Positions 47,679-59,400 of a stretch of DNA of 64,000 nucleotides are shown one piece after another. The DNA is from Macrostomum lignano (Eukaryota), in NCBI GenBank assembly GCA_002269645.1, contig NIVC01001020.1:310001-374000 (forward strand). The letters are read 5' to 3'. A program made the position numbers and the translations under genes. A model generated the notes under the pieces. It searched no databases. It had not been told where the DNA came from and was given only the letters and a program-made list of their open reading frames with translations. Position 1 is the first letter of the stretch. Each line of letters begins with the position of its first letter.

Positions 47679-50600
47679 TCTCGAAGCCTGGAAAGGTAAA
47701 TGTAGAACAATTATGCTTAAATTAAAAAAATAAAACCTTTTTTAATGCAGAATTAGTACATTAACAAATAAATTTTAGAATGTAGTAATAAATTAAAAAA
47801 AATTTGATACCTAGACTAGATGATACCCAACATATCTATAAAGATTAGATAATATTTAGTATAAGTGGATTTTAATATATAAAATAGCCTAAAGCCTACT
47901 CTGGAAAAATTTCTGTTTTTCCATATAAGTTTTGATGCTGACTTGTCAGAATTGTAGGAGTTCAATTGCAACAAACATACAGACAGACAAACATTGTGTC
48001 AGTTTTAATATTAGGAGAGGATAGCATATAGCAGGTCTTAGAAAAGGTATTTTTAAAATTACATATTTATATAAGTGTCTATATTAAGAATATTTGTATT
48101 TTATTTGAGGCTATTTATTTTAATTTACTTTATATCCAAGATTCTTAGCAAATTCAATCAATATTTGATTAAGAAAAAAATCAAAATCTTGACTTGATTA
48201 AGATTGAAATCTTGTTTCACTTTACTTTAAACTGCTTACTAAGAAGATTAAAAAATAAAAGCTAAAGTTAGCATATTAAAAGTTAAAACTAACTTAAAAA
48301 GTAAAAAAATATATAGGCCCTTAATTCAATATTGTTAGGCCTACTATATTATAAAAAGTACTTCTTTGTTGTATATCTTAGGCAGGCTAGGCCTAGACCT
48401 TAAGCTTTGCAATAGTATAGTGTAGCACCAAAATTTAACAATTTATGCAGTAATAGTAGACATAAGACAATCATATACCATGTGTAATTTTTTTCAAAGG
48501 CCATCCATCTTTTAGTTTAAAAAGGTAAATATAGAAAAATTATCCTTTTTATACACTTTGCCTAGGCCTAAAAGCCTTTACAAAGAGTCAAAATTTAAAA
48601 TTCAATATTTTAGGTCTCAGCTAAGCCTAAGGGTCTAATCTACTAGATTAGTTAGTTCAATCAAAAGCATTTTTAGCTTAAAACTTTTTCAACTTAGCCT
48701 TAGGCAAAATTAATATTAGAGAGTTGTTATTGTTAGTGATTATATAAACAGCGAGATAGTTATTTTTACATTCAAAACAAATACTATCTAAAAGTAATAA
48801 ACTTGCTATACAAATACTAAGACGATTAAGTTTAAAAAATAAAGAAACCTCTTACTAATAAATATTTTAGTAACTTTAGTGGTTCTTGTCGCGGTAGCTT
48901 TGTTTTAGGTAATTGATAACTATTAATTTATAATTTAACTAAACTTTTTTTCCACATGACCATAAAAATAGCCATTTTGCTTTCTATCTACAGTGACAAC
49001 AAAAATACCCATTTCTATTTTTATGGTTACATTAAATTAAGACCCTAGGCCTAGATAGCGTCTTATGTGTTAACTGTAAAAATAACCATTTTAGGGGCCT
49101 ATTATTTATATGGTCAATGTAATAATAATAACTGGATTAATATCAAGCCCTAAATATTAGGCTTATAATAGTTATATCTTTAAGGTTTAGAATAGTTTTT
49201 AATAAGTTAGGCCTAGCTTAAAACTTTTTAATTAGGGGCCTATTCTATTAATTAGTATAATTATAAAATTATTTAAAATGATGTCTACTAGATTCTTTGC
49301 CTTGTTTGATTAGGGTAAGGCTAGGCCCCTATAAAATGTCATGGTCTATCCAACCCAAGCATCCACAGGACCATAAGCATATAAATAATTTTAATTCTTA
49401 GCAAATATTTTTTTTAATTTTTTCACCTTGGCCTGATTCATTATGCTTTAAAACTTATAGGCTAAATTGTTTATTAGTCTACTAGCCTGGATGGAATTCT
49501 TGCAGAAAAATCACAACATGTTATGCGATTGCATGAAAAAAATGCGATTTTGCATCAAAAAATCTGGAAAAAATGCGTCGCAGAATTTCAGACAAAATTG
49601 CTAATTCTTAATATATGCAAAAGTGCGCTTGAGATATTGGATTTTGCAAAAGATAATCCTACTTGCTAAGATCACGAAGAAAAAAAGAATAAAAAGTAAA
49701 AACTAAATAAGGCACAAAAGTAAAAATTCAAAAAAAATCTATAAAAAGTAGAAACTTGTAACATTCTCTAACATACGTATTTGGACGAAAATTCAAATCA
49801 CTACATTTTCTTAGAATGCATTTTTTGTTATTGTCTTTTGTTATTTTGTTATTTCATTATTTTGCGACGTGCTAAGTACCAAAATAAAAAATGCGACCAA
49901 TAAAAAAATATTTTGCGCGCCATAAAAAAATCGCATAATTCCGTTTGACTTAAGAAATACAAGAATTCCATCCTGGTCTACTAAGAACTTTTTCACAAAA
50001 TCTTGTCTAGCTAGATCATAGATGACTTTGCATGGGTCCTATGCTATCTATATAGACATTTGTATAGGCCTACACCTTGGTCCTTGCATTCGCCATTCTT
50101 AAATCTATTTAAAAACTAGTAATGTAAAGGTACCTTAGCTATAGTATGGTTATGGTAGTAGGCCTACCTAGCTATTATGCAAGGCTAGGTGGTCCTATTT
50201 CCTATTTTAAACTTTTACACATATGCTTTGAAAAGCCAAAAAGTGAGAAATGGACCAGGCCTACAGCCAAGGTCCAAGGAGAGAATAAAAAATAAAAATC
50301 AATGAATGATTTAATTAAAAAAGTTTACTGGCACCAAAACCCATTCATTAGACTATTTAGCGGGCTCGTTTCAATTTCATAAACATGTTATTTCCACGAT
50401 TTCACAACAAAAGCAAGAGATTCTAACAATGTTTTTGCTTAATAAAGTATGAAAGGTGCAGGTAACGTTCTAAGAAAGTGCTCCATATAGTCAGCCATAT
50501 TGAATATGTCATTTAAAACAAAGCCTAGCTAAAATAACTTTTATACTGTATGAAATCGCTTTGAATCAGCTAATTTTATTATTTAAACGATTATTGTCTC

Positions 50601-52429
50601 TTATTTGAGTTGTTACATACAGAATAAAATCTATCTAAAAATACACAGCAATGTTTTCAAATTCACCTGGAACGAGAGTGGTAATATTTCGATCGGAATA
50701 ATTCTGTAAACAATATTCCAAAAATATTCCAGAAAAAAACTGACTTAACTGAAGTATATTAGGGTTTCTTATTGCCATCAGTTAATGTTTCTGTTAGTTT
50801 CTCTTAAAAATAAACTAATTTTTGCTATATTCCGAAAATATTCCATGTGCCAGAATTATTCCGGAATAATTCCGGCATTGGGAACACTGGGTAGCCCTTT
50901 TTGCTTACTTTTTGACATATCTAGGAAAAAACAAGCAATAAAGTTTTGTCATTGTCTCACGTAATGCGATCTGAATGTAGGAAAGAGGTTTCTAAGCAAA
51001 AAAGTTGGCCGCTGCCTGCTTAGAAAGACCCATTACTGGAGCACGCATATGCCTATCACGTGTCGTGTGATATGGCGCGACAAGATTTTAAATGAAGTTA
51101 AAAGGCATTATCTGCACAAAGCTTCAAAAAACGCGAATTAGCTAGCTTTGTTTTTTAGCTTTTTTCTAACTTTTTATTCGCCTTTAAATCGGTCACTCTG
51201 CACTTTAATTTTTACAGTTTTATTTAAGTTTTGTTTTAAGCTAATTAATTGTAGCGAACGCGAACTTAAATGAATCAGGCTTGAAGGCAAGAACTAGCTT
51301 TGCAAGCGGTGGCACTTTTGTTTTGTCTTTGATCACTAGTTTTCCATGTGGAAAAGATAGGCTCGAGTATACGGAGTGTCGGGTGCTTTTAGTTAATCAT
51401 TTATAGACAATGATTACGGTGGGTTCTCTACACTCTTCCGTTGCACCGTGTGTGTACATGTTCGTGGTACATGCATGTACGCCGTGGTATATGTACGACT
51501 TCTGTACATGGAGCCAAACATATAGCTTCTTATGTAGCTACGTATGTACCTACGATGAGAGGATATTGGTAAAGTTCCGCTTCGAACTGTGTTCCGCGAT
51601 TGGGATGACCACTACATGTAGTAGCTAGGCTCTTAATTATATTGGCATTCTTCATATCGATCGATGGCCCGTACACGTACATGTACATGTACTCCTCCAA
51701 ATCATGAGATTCATGTGGCTGTAGTGTGTAGAGTTGTGCATGTGCACTTTCCAGTTTGTTTTAGCTCGGCGTTTGGGCCGGCCAACTCCCAGTGTACTGC
51801 CCTTCTCTGATCGAGAAGCTGGCTTTACTATTGTCAGCTCTGCCCTTCCGGGTTCGGGCCACGCTGATTGACTGCACCCTTTGCCTGGTTTCGCTCTCGA
51901 TCTAGATCTGTTCCCCTTTTTGCGTGTTAGGGTCGGTTTTGGGTATTACATGTATTGGCCGGAGGTTGAGTACATGTACTCTTGCTCCGCCCGGTTTTGA
52001 CACCAAATTGAGGGTTAAAAGCTAGTTCAAATAGAGACCCCCAAAAGCGAAGAGACTACACAGACTACACAGACTAGCCTTCCTACGTGCAACAATTCAG
52101 TGCGCACAACCTACGTATTTTAAAGTTCATCGACGTGTCACTATTTCACAATTATGGTCAACTGAAAAGACCAAAAAATAAAGGCGTGATGATTGAATTG
52201 TCTTTGGACTGTCGTCCTCCGCATTTGAAATTTGATGATGCACCAGATCCTGTTTACTACATTTCGTGGTGCCATGCAAGTAGCAAGTGAAGCTCTGAAT
52301 GTGCCGTACTGGGTAGCTACCAGTACATGTAAATTTATCTAATTTCGTGACTTGTTAAGGGCACGGTTTAGTCAGTGCACATAGTCGTCGCTACTACTCG
52401 TACTACGTATATATGTACTACTATGAGTG

Positions 52430-53050
52430 CCTCGTCCGACTTCTTAACCATGTGTGGAGTGGTGATGCCTGAGAGCTCTTAGATGGCCGAATATAGTCGG
52501 TGTCGATTAGCTGTTGAAATTCTTCTCAGGCCACGCGGCCAACTTCTCCACGTGCAGCTGACGGGCTCTGGAGTGTACCGGGTATTGGTTGCTGGTGTCG
52601 ATTCGATGCACTGTGTCGTGCTGAACCACATCAAACTCCTTTCGTAGCTGGGCGAATTTTTCCTGGAAGCGGTCGATCAACTGCGCTTGATCCGTGCGTT
52701 GCAGCCTACCGGATAGGCTGGTGTGACGGTAAAAGCTGGGATGCTGAGGGTGGTAATGGAATTCTGGCGTATGAAGTCACGTCGTGGGATCTACCAGAAG
52801 TCGTGCCTTGCAGTCAGAAATTCGGTAGGAAATCGTAGCCTAGTATTGAAAGACAAAGGCCACGAGGTAGGTTCAACGGAAGGAACGCTGCAGGCCTCGA
52901 ATCGCTACCTCGAGTGGAATTTCACCTGCGACGGCAATCATACCTTTGGCGGTACATGGTTTGGTGGTATCTCATTGCGTCTCATGTACGTTTCAGCTTA
53001 GATAAATGTACTGCGGAGGGATGATGGAAACTGCTGCTCCAGTGTCTGTT
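52430..53050 (-). pseudogene. Degenerate Ty3/Gypsy pol fragment (aspartic protease to N-terminus of RT)
   Basis: Manual translation gives DTGAAVSIIP, GEIPLEVAIRGLQRSFR*TYLVA, ILGYDFL, HRIDTSNQYPVHSRARQL and EEFQQLIDTDYIRPSKSSQASPLH, with stops and frameshifts. Confidence 0.75.
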
Positions 53051-53769
53051 GTGTAGCCGAGACTTGAGGTTTCCAGTTGTAGTTGAAAGCTAGGTGCGCA
53101 CAGTTGCTTTATTTATATATTGTTATTTAAGAAAAACTGCACGATCGATAAATTAAAGACCCAGAAATGTCACGTGATTAATAATACATTATACAAATTA
53201 TTTATGAACTATTCTACTTAAAGTGGCAGTATACGTAAAAGACAACAATAATAATAATAGTTAAATGCTAATAGTTAGCATTTACGTTATAGTAGAAATT
53301 AGCGTAACAATATATCTATCATTAAGTTGGTCTGTCAGGTTACACGACACAACAGTGTTGACTAGGAATGACAAACGAGGTACATGTAGGACTAATTGTG
53401 CGCCACTAGATTGGTGGCACTGCTCACTGCAGTGCCATGGTCGGGCGGGACCAGGTCTCTCATGCAGGCCACACTGTTCCAAATCGGCGGTCAAGCGCTT
53501 GACCAACACGGACGGTTTGTCCCCGACAAGGTCCAAGGTGTTCAGCACTTAAGGGTATATAGCAGAAGATTCATGGAACGATCACCCAAGAATTAAAGTA
53601 TTAAGTCTACGACAAATTTTGTAATGCAATTGCAATTTTATTACTATAGCAATTTGATGCAGTGATTTTCGCCAGTCTCATAAAAGTTTTAAGGTTTTCA
53701 CTTCAACGATCAAAGGTTTCAGCAACCATGATGAGTCTTTCTTTTGAATCAGGCACGAACGGAGATTCT

Positions 53770-54613
53770 TCACAAGCGAACGGCGAAATCTCCAGCCACG
53801 GCCCTCAGCTCGTGCGGCACAGCGGCGAATCTCAGCAGGTAGCAGGCGTTCAGGTGGAACAGCACGGCCTGGCAGTCGGCATGGCAGCAAATCAGACACA
53901 AATTCAGGCTCATCACGGGCTGCACGGTGCGGTAGAAGGGCCCGCTGGAGGAGGTCATGTTCAGGTAGACTCGATCAGCAAAAGTGAAGTATCCGCTGAC
54001 TGTTAGGGACAGAGAGAGTTCACAGCAATTCCGGTGATACTGACCCAATGAGCCATCAGAATTCAGTTAGCATTGCACTGTGTGTCGTGACGTGTGACGT
54101 GTACGAGCGTATCAAAGTTTAAATCGGCTTTGACGCTAGCTTGCTCATACTCTGAGTTTACTTTCTCATGACAAATCAATAAATACTGTTAGAACAATTG
54201 AACTCACCTGGACGAAGGTAGACCTGCCGGTACACGGAGTTTCTCCAAGCTGATCCGCAGATTTGGGCAGAGTTGCCGGCGCAGTTCATGTTGCAGTCGC
54301 TGTTGGCAGCCTGGCCGTGGATGCCATAGGAGTTTCCGCAGCGGCATTCGCTTGCATACTGCGCGCCAAAGTACTCAAAGTTTCCATAGGCGCAAATCTC
54401 GCTGCACAGTTCCAGAGTCATCTCGCTGAGGTCGACAAATGAACCTTTCAGGTGAGACACCGAGTACGGCCCGATGGTGGACCTGCCTTCGAGTCCGCCG
54501 AGGTCTCGAGTTTCGGTGTCCACGAAGCAGCCCACCAGGCCGAATTCGGCGCCCAGCGAGCAGCCGAAAGCGACGCAGCAGCAGAGAAGCGACAGAATTG
54601 ATGAGGCCTGCAT
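53770..54613 (-). CDS. Secreted WSC-domain protein with a C-terminal PAN/apple-like module; exons 54613-54208, 53999-53770
   Basis: Signal peptide; WSC pattern LVGCFVD..MTLELCSEIC..YFGAQYASECRCG..CNMNCAGNSAQICGSAWRNSVY; phase-1 intron; C-terminal CLICCHADCQAVLF..ACYL. Confidence 0.83.
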
Positions 54614-56455
54614 TGTCAGCGGCTGTGCAGATTTAGAAACGAGTAGGCTTGTTGCTTCTGTCTCTTGCTACCTGCTTGGGCTGTCGTCTTTTTTGAATTT
54701 TCTCTAAATCAACGGTTGGGATGGCAGGCGCGGCAATGGGGATGCTCAATTGTTTGATTCGGCATTTTTCGCTACTTTGTTGCCAAAGCGACACTGCAAA
54801 CTGTTTACTGGGAGCGGCTTGCAGACTCCGCGCTGTATCACTGCTCCCCAGCGCCTGCTTTTTCACATCATGCGAGGCATCGCAGTGTGGCGTTCGGCAG
54901 TTTTTATGAATTCTCCTTCCTTTCGGCCTAAAAGCCTTGTGTTGTTTGTTTCAACGCGTCTCAAATATCTGCTTTTACTTCTGCTTTCTGTAAGTACACG
55001 CATTGCTCGTTTTCAATTCTCAACTAATTATTCTGTCGTGATTCAATTCGTCACCCAGTGGTACTTCATTGAAAGTACGAGTAATTCAGTAGAATGGGAT
55101 AGTAGATTTCTCTATGGACTAATGGAATTCCCTATCACATACATTATATCTTATATTCTTTCAGTCAGTCAGTCAGGTGAGACACCGGTAGTGAGAAATC
55201 GGGTGAGTCAATTGCCCAAAAAACCATTAAAATGGCACGGCACAGCTCATTGGTTTTATGAATCTATTTTGTTATTCTTAGCTATCTGGGTAACAATATG
55301 TGTAACGGAGATGATAAGATAGATTCATAAAACCATAATTTTTATGATTTTTAGTTGCAGAAAATGTACGTAGAATAAAGGATTAACATGAATCCTATTT
55401 TTTGAACCAAAAGCTTTATATATGAATGGAGCTATAAGAAAGGCACAACATTTCAGAATATTAAAGTTGGATCTGCCTCCTATCGAATGCAATAACAATT
55501 TTTTGCTTAAAAATGAAAATTTCCCATCTCCGTAGTGTATTTTTCGGCAAAAAGTGGCCTTCAAAACATTTTCGATAAATTTCGAGTGTTGCGTCCTTCT
55601 ACGAGTACTTTAGTAGTCCTTGACAGTCAGCTTTATTTGAAACATTCAATATCGCGACCGCCCTACTATATAATTTTTGGATTTTTCATGTCCAGCCAAT
55701 ACTACGAACCTACATGGAGGACGTTAAAACGTAGTATAATAAAACAAAGAGCGGTTACACGTAAGGATATGCATCTAATCCGGATAAGGGATATCAAATC
55801 AAAACGCACTTTTCAAAAAAATTAATACATGCAATTGCAGGTTTTGTACAGCATATTTGTACTTTACAATATACATGATTAGAGAACCGTATGCGCTGGA
55901 CAGAAGCTCGTACCAAAATTGAGGCACATGAGAAAAACAGTTTTAAGACAAAAACGATTGCATATAATTGTCATTCGAATAAACTATATAACTACAGCGC
56001 TATTATTTCTTTTCAGTCAAAAAAGGAATAAACTTATTGTAGGAGCCTAGAAAGACATGCCTTCGGTTGACTTCCTTTTTATATTTTTTATAATTTAGCT
56101 TTGGTCAAGATTTAATCAATCAGACTTGAATGTGCGATAATGTCCAGCAATTATGCAACTCACATTAACATTTTCTCCTTATTTGAAATCGATCACATAA
56201 AGTCACAGTTTTCTTTCTAGTGTTGATAAGGATTATTAGAACAGTTTATACGAGCTAAAATAAAGCTTTTGTATTCTATTGATATCGCCCTTCCTGCCTT
56301 AAATTTTTGCCTTGCACCTGTAATAATGATGAACCCAGGGTGACTTGTACAATAAAGCCTAATAGTCTTTCCTAAGGTTATTTCTAAATCATGTAAAAAA
56401 AATCCCAACTGAATGCTATCCAATATCAGACTTATTGTTTGTTAAATATTCGAAT

Positions 56456-59400
56456 CTACTTATTGAGTGACAGCTTGTCAAGGACGAGTCGAAGTTCGTC
56501 GCCATCCAGGGTAACGCGTTTCTCAGAGATTATGGTCTCGATTTGGTGCCTGCAGAATTCCCTGTGTTCCAACGACTGGCTGTAGTGGGCCAGGGTAAGA
56601 AGCTCCTCTAAATCCGGGTCTTCTTGCAGTTCAACACGCCACTCATCAAAAATGTCGATTGGAAGATCTCGTAGAAGCTCAGCTTGGAGACTCCAGCTGA
56701 GGCAGCGAAAATTCACGTACAGGTGGGCGGAGCCAGGCTGCGACAGTCTGGCTTTCAACAGAGTCTGAGTGAACTCAGGGAGGAACGGCAGTCGAGGCGG
56801 ACTGTCGCAGGGGAGGCAAAACCTCCACGCCCAGTCTTCCTCAATATCGAAAAAGTCTTTACTCAGAAGGTTTTCAGGCTTCCAACCTCTCTGCACTTGA
56901 TGCGATTGCAGCTTCTTCAGGAGGATGTCAGCCTGTGCAGAATCCTTGGATTTCACATACGCCATGACTTTCATGCACAAGACTGCGCATTTACACCACT
57001 GAAGCTGATCCAGGATATTAAGCTGTTCCATTAGCTCGTCCTTGTCAGTTGCTTCTGACTGCAGATCAACCATGCATTGGTTCACCATGCAGTAGACCGC
57101 AATGGATGAATCTGCAGGTTGTGTGGCTTGAAAAGGTTTTTCTACTTTTCTGGTTAGAGGTAGCAAAGTGAACGGGTGAAAGTAGAAGTCCTCCGACTGT
57201 AGAGACATCATCTGTTCTTTCATTGCCTCATACACCTGTCTTATATTGCTTCTAATCTCTCTGAATTGGTCCGAAACTTTTGTCCTTGCGTTGACTAAGT
57301 CACCTCCGACTCCAGCATTTTTGAAGTACAACGGAGCGTCAAGCATGAAGAAGTGCGGCATGCAGACATCAGGCGAGCTGCCGGAAGCAACGAAGCTTAG
57401 CATCGTGTCGAGCGATTCATTTAGCAGATCGACCAAGTTCTCCACCGAATGCCAAACGCTGCTATCTTTGCCTTGCTTCTCCAGCATGAACAGGAGCAAA
57501 GTCTTGGCGTGGTAGGTCTTGAGACCTGGTGTTTGCAAATTGATGGGCATGTATATCTTAAATATGTATTTCAAGATGACGAAAAGTTGGCCTTGTACTT
57601 CGCTTACGCTCTCCAAGATTTCTTTTTCATGGAAGCTGAAACTCACTCTGAGTTCGTTCGGCGAGTTGGGTCGAGTCGCTCTAACGAGGTGCACTGGGGG
57701 CAGATCTCGGTTAGGAAGAAGCTTTGCAATTCGGTCCTGACAGAAGTCGCTGCAACATTGGATAGCTTCGCAGATGTCTTCTGTGGGTCGAACACCGCTC
57801 GCTGGGGTCGTCATCGCCGGCTGGCTGCCTGAAAAGAGACAACAACAGTTTATACCTTAGTCGAATTGTTGCCAGGGCTCAGTTAGTACTTTAAATCAGT
57901 CTTTGATCTTCGTTGCGGCTTGACTATTAAAGTTGTAAGGTTTAACAGAGCACAAGCAAGCGTTACTGATAAGCTGGGCAAAACTTACCCGATCCAGCTT
58001 GCACCTGAGCGTGGCCTTCTCTAACCTGAAGCAGTGGAGAATTTTTGCAATTTTCAGACCTTTGGCAGCCTCCTTTCAGGTGAGTTACTTGTCTAGAGTC
58101 CATCGTAGTCCAGTCGATGTCGGATTGAGCCCCTACTCTGCCGTTCACCTGCACGAGACTGTTCCCCCAGCCTTCTCGGTAGCTGCCAGTCATCTGCCTC
58201 TGACCATCTGAAGAGCTTTGAACCAGCGTTTGCAGAGTGCGACCCAGTACTTGCTGACACTTTGCCCTGCGCAGACTGAATCCTGCCTGGGTAAGCTGCT
58301 GGTGCCAACTCCGACTTAGCTCTCTGTTTCTAAATTTGTTAAAGCTAAATATTCAGTAACACATACGATCGTATTTAAAAAAACAGAAGCAAAATTTTCT
58401 TAGAAACATGCTCTCAATAGTAGATTGTGTCTATGGTTTTGGCACCAGGACAATGCATTTAGACAACCTCCGAATCGCTTACCGAGTTTGTTGACGCAAA
58501 AATCCATTGTCGTGTTTTCCGAAGTTCTAAAAGCACAAAATTAATTTTAAAACACTTAAATTCGTTTTTGTACATGGAAGACATTGTAAGAAGGAGGATG
58601 AGTGAAACTCAAAAAATTTCCTGAATTTCATTGGGGCCAATTTTCGTTGCAAGCATGTTAGCTATGGTTGCTTGTCTAAACGGATTTCGCAAGGATTTTG
58701 CTCTTGCATTGCATACATTAAATAGAGCTTTACCATAGACAAACTTGGTCGAGAGAAACAACATTACCAGAACAAAACCGGCCTCCAGTGAAATTTTCAC
58801 GACTTGTTACATCTTTTTGCATTCAATTTCAACCAAAGTCGCATTCAATTTCAGCAAGCTGGCATTCAAAATCGGCAATCTAAATTAGCCATCTAAATCT
58901 TCATTCAATTTAAGCATGCTCGCATTCCATATCAGCGAACCACATTCAGCGAACTGCATTCAATTCAATTTTGCCTCAAACTTGTCTGCTCGTCTATGGG
59001 TAAACTTTATTGACGCGTGCAGATTTTGCGCTCAATTTCGGCAATCTGCATTCAAATTCAGCAAAATTTTATTAACTTAACGTAAAACAAAACGAACGTC
59101 GTCCAATACATGTACAGTGTCATAGGGAACAAAAACAGAAAATCGAAGTCACGTCAAGTGTGCTTCAGTCCCCATTGGTGTTCATGAGCTCTGCAAGTTG
59201 TAAATAGTCCTGCCCTGTCTCGTGGGCATCGATAAGGCGGGCTCTATCTCCGTCAGAAACTCGTGCGTATGGTCCTCGACCTCTTCTTCTTCTCACTCAA
59301 TTTCTTCGACAGCTTGTTCTTTGATGATCTCATTGTCACTCATATCTATGTCGATATCTACACTTGCAGTAAAAAAAACAGAAAGCTGGGGTGAAGTGAA

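Larger units (their letters stand above)
42671..50891 (-). mobile_element. Apparently full-length CACTA/EnSpm (CMC superfamily) DNA transposon, 8221 bp
   Basis: 34-bp TIRs CCCAGTGTTCC[TC/CA]ATGCCGGAATTATTCCGGAAT with 2 mismatches. TA duplicated at both ends. Subterminal palindromic TTCCGGAAT(A/T)ATTCCGG repeats. Two intact minus-strand ORFs. Confidence 0.9.
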
